Assembly: GCA_963809485.1 (NCBI GenBank)
Contig: CAWEJX010000020.1
Location: forward strand, 864,001 to 928,000
From: an uncultured Acidobacteriota bacterium
GTDB lineage: Bacteria > Acidobacteriota > UBA6911
Reading direction: 5' to 3'
DNA: 64,000 nucleotides
Shown: in pieces, positions 61,525 to 64,000 of the stretch
Position numbering within the stretch: position 1 is the stretch's first letter
How the letters are laid out: every line of letters begins with the position of its first letter
The notes under the pieces: generated by a model
Told to the model about the DNA's origin: nothing
Database searches by the model: none
What the model saw: only the letters and a program-made list of their open reading frames with translations
Position numbers and translations under genes: made by a program

Positions 61525-62481
61525 CTATTTATTTCTGACCATATCTCCAATATTGAAATCCTGGCCGGACAAAACCCTGGCCATTGCGGAGTTGTCCTCA
61601 ACCTGGGTCACTTCAATCTCGCCGACAGGCGCCGTTACTTTGCGCAGCACATTGCCGGTGACCGGATCCTTGATTTCACGCGAGATCCTTTCAACCGACA
61701 GCTTCATTCCAACGGCAACTCCCACAGCCTTGCCGACATTGATGGTTATCTCGCCGCCGGATGCATCGGCTACCAGGCCATTGATAGACAGCGGAGTCGC
61801 CTCGATCCTTCCCGCCTGGCCGACCAGCTGGGCTACCAGATCGTTAACCGCGGATCGCGTGGCTTCTCCCAGTATGGTTTCCTGGAAGTTGCTGCTGCCC
61901 ATATCAATGCCGCCGGCGCCATATCCACCGCCACCGCCACCTCCTCCTCCGAGCAGCATTCCGGACCGCTTGGAAATTCCCTTGCCTGTCGCCGTGGCCA
62001 CGATTTCGCCGGTATTAACATCGACAATCCTGGCGTCGATCGCTACCGATGCCTTGCCTTCTTTGGTTCCCACTCTGCCTGCTCCCCATCCGCCCCATCG
62101 TCCGGCTATTCCCCCCAAATTCAAGGATTTATCCTCCGTGCCAAACTGGGTTACCGACCCAACTACCATGGCATTGATTCCTAGCACCTTGCCGAACTTT
62201 GCGGCGCTGGCCGGATTCGCGCGGTCTGAATTTGAAAAATTCTGCTCCGTCAGAATGGTGTCCAAATTCTTCCGCTCAATTACTGAATAGGTTCCGTCTT
62301 TCACAAGTTCTGTCACAATCATGTCGGCGATTCCTTTGCCGATATCCCAGTTGCCCGACCACCATCTCTGCACGGTGCCGAACTCAAAATCCATGAGCGC
62401 TACCCGCTTCCTGGATTGGCCAAACAGGCTCATGCTTCCAGAAATAAGCATGATCAGAAACCAGCCGAGTAATCGCTTCAT
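61525..62481 (-). CDS. CsgG/HfaB-family exported protein
   Basis: Signal peptide, VIERKNLD.IL.EQ, GSVTQF, IDARIVDVNTGEI, C-terminal IKDPVTG segment. Confidence 0.8.
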   Translation of the reverse strand: MKRLLGWFLIMLISGSMSLFGQSRKRVALMDFEFGTVQRWWSGNWDIGKGIADMIVTELVKDGTYSVIERKNLDTILTEQNFSNSDRANPASAAKFGKVLGINAMVVGSVTQFGTEDKSLNLGGIAGRWGGWGAGRVGTKEGKASVAIDARIVDVNTGEIVATATGKGISKRSGMLLGGGGGGGGGYGAGGIDMGSSNFQETILGEATRSAVNDLVAQLVGQAGRIEATPLSINGLVADASGGEITINVGKAVGVAVGMKLSVERISREIKDPVTGNVLRKVTAPVGEIEVTQVEDNSAMARVLSGQDFNIGDMVRNK

Positions 62482-62679
62482 ATTTCCTCCCTGAAAATCC
62501 TTTAACCGAAAACACTTCTTCAGTCAGGTTTTTCCACGAAATACTTCTCTAGAGGAAATGTATGATTTGAAACTGAAAAAGACAATCATATGAGCCCGAT
62601 CAAATGGCAGATTGAGGAGTTTTGGATCGCTACTCCCTGGAATCCAATCTTTGTGGATTACGCAGGAAAGTATATTCGC

Positions 62680-63402
62680 TTAATGGGATGGATTTGCCTG
62701 CAGCAGGAAACTCAGGTCTTCGCCTGCGGGAATTTCACGGGGTCCGCAGCCGTATTTGAACAAACGGAGGCTGCGGATACCTTTCATGAACATATTCGCG
62801 CCCTCCACGAAAAGCATGCAACCTTCGCGCAAGCCCAAAACAGTTGCATTCTGATTGACTGTAATGAATTCCCTGATCCTTTCTTCGCGTGTCTCCCCCC
62901 CATGCCCTTCAGGATTGGCATCCAGATAATGCGGATTGATCTGAAAAGGCACAAGGTTGAACGCGTGAAATCCCGACGGGTCGACAATGGGCATGTCGTT
63001 GGTAGTCATGATGGTCGAACATGCCACATTGGCCCCGGCGCTCCAGCCGACATACTTTGTTCCGCCCAGAACCTTCTTGCGAATGGGCCCGATCAGTCCG
63101 AAATCATGGATATGGCGGAGCAGGTTCCAGGTGTTGCCGCCTCCCACAACGATGGCTTCCGCTTCATTCACAGCTTCTGCGGGATCCTGAAATCTATGAA
63201 TCGAGAGGACATCATGCCCTATCTCGTTGAAGCGGGCTTTAACCATCGATTCATAGTCGTCCCATGCAATCGTTACCGCCGCATAGGGCAGGAACAAGGC
63301 GGTCACGGGCCTGCTTCCCAGGAAATCCCGGATGTCATATTTGGGATAATCCAGATAGGCTTCGCCGGCCATGGTAGAATTGCTGAGCAGCAACAATCGC
63401 AT
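62680..63402 (-). CDS. pepE: Dipeptidase E (peptidase S51)
   Basis: MRLLLLSNS, VGGGNT, GWSAG, TTNDMPI, QINPHY, GETRE.RI.EF. Confidence 0.93.
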   Translation of the reverse strand: MRLLLLSNSTMAGEAYLDYPKYDIRDFLGSRPVTALFLPYAAVTIAWDDYESMVKARFNEIGHDVLSIHRFQDPAEAVNEAEAIVVGGGNTWNLLRHIHDFGLIGPIRKKVLGGTKYVGWSAGANVACSTIMTTNDMPIVDPSGFHAFNLVPFQINPHYLDANPEGHGGETREERIREFITVNQNATVLGLREGCMLFVEGANMFMKGIRSLRLFKYGCGPREIPAGEDLSFLLQANPSH

Positions 63403-63555
63403 TATTGACATATTTTTTTATTCCGTCGCTGGATTATGAGGATATAAAACATACGCTCTATTATGCCCAAATTGGAAGCAGAAGGACATGTCGGCTTTGG
63501 CTTTTGTAAAATGAGGAACCTGATCCGATATATCGCCCTCTTTCCGGAGGCTGTC

Positions 63556-64000
63556 ATGAAAAAGCTTCGCATGCTGTTGGTATTGCCCGTTGTCGTGGTC
63601 TTGTTTGGCTGCAGCCGTTCGGACAGCCAGCGTCCGGCCTCACAGAAAATCCTTGAGGTTGTTCCCGATATCCAGGGAAGGCTGGCCAAGCTGCCGGAAA
63701 CCGTAATCGATTACGACCGGAATCTATTGAACGCGCAGGAGCAAAAGGTTGTTTCCGTGCTCATCGATGCATCGCGTTACATGGACCAGATCTTCTCGCT
63801 TCAGGTTTCCCGGGACAATCCCTCCCTGCGCCAAGAGCTGTCAGCCCTGGCGGAAAAATCGCCCGACCATCGCCTGGGGCTGCGCTATTTCGACCTGATG
63901 ATGGGGCGCTGGGACCGTTTGCTGGATGACGAACCCTTCATCTCGCCCTTCGGGTCCGGCGGGGCCAAACCGCCGGGGGCCGGCTTCTACCCTTCGGACA
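63556..64000 (+). CDS. Lipoprotein, probable peptidase M49/dipeptidyl-peptidase III-like (runs off the window end)
   Basis: GGAGG RBS; MKKLRMLLVLPVVVVLFGC lipobox; A...MD.IF..Q, G.WDRL..D.PF, KPPGAGFYP.D; not in the ORF track. Confidence 0.7.
   Translation, partial: MKKLRMLLVLPVVVVLFGCSRSDSQRPASQKILEVVPDIQGRLAKLPETVIDYDRNLLNAQEQKVVSVLIDASRYMDQIFSLQVSRDNPSLRQELSALAEKSPDHRLGLRYFDLMMGRWDRLLDDEPFISPFGSGGAKPPGAGFYPSD

Overview
GC-rich bacterial chromosome window. The gene content and style suggest an anaerobic Acidobacteriota-like organism (inference only). Bases 1-45,000 are mostly housekeeping: atpF'/F/H/A/G/D/C, folE, queA, comF, dksA-like, rlmH-rsfS-nadD-obgE-rpmA-rplU, a two-component pair, ychF, a probable 6S RNA, the dcw cluster and rph-rdgB-tRNA-Pro. 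The dcw cluster cleanly lacks mraY and murG. After tRNA-Pro (45-64 kb) lies an accessory redox region in which many normally cytoplasmic enzyme types carry export signals. It contains an AOR-family W/Mo enzyme with a Tat-bearing Fe-S partner, a Tat aldo/keto reductase, a triheme cytochrome c, a signal-peptide tetrapyrrole methylase and modABC with a divergent regulator. It also holds two apparent selenoproteins that the ORF track splits or truncates at an in-frame TGA: a 600-aa exported UGSC-motif fusion protein and an exported Sec-rhodanese, each followed by a SECIS-like hairpin. Three 397-bp non-coding elements with IS200/IS605-like hairpin ends are present, and two of them bracket the cytochrome-methylase pair. 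Many short heptamer and octamer repeat clusters sit at gene ends. All calls come from reading the sequence; no database searches were run.
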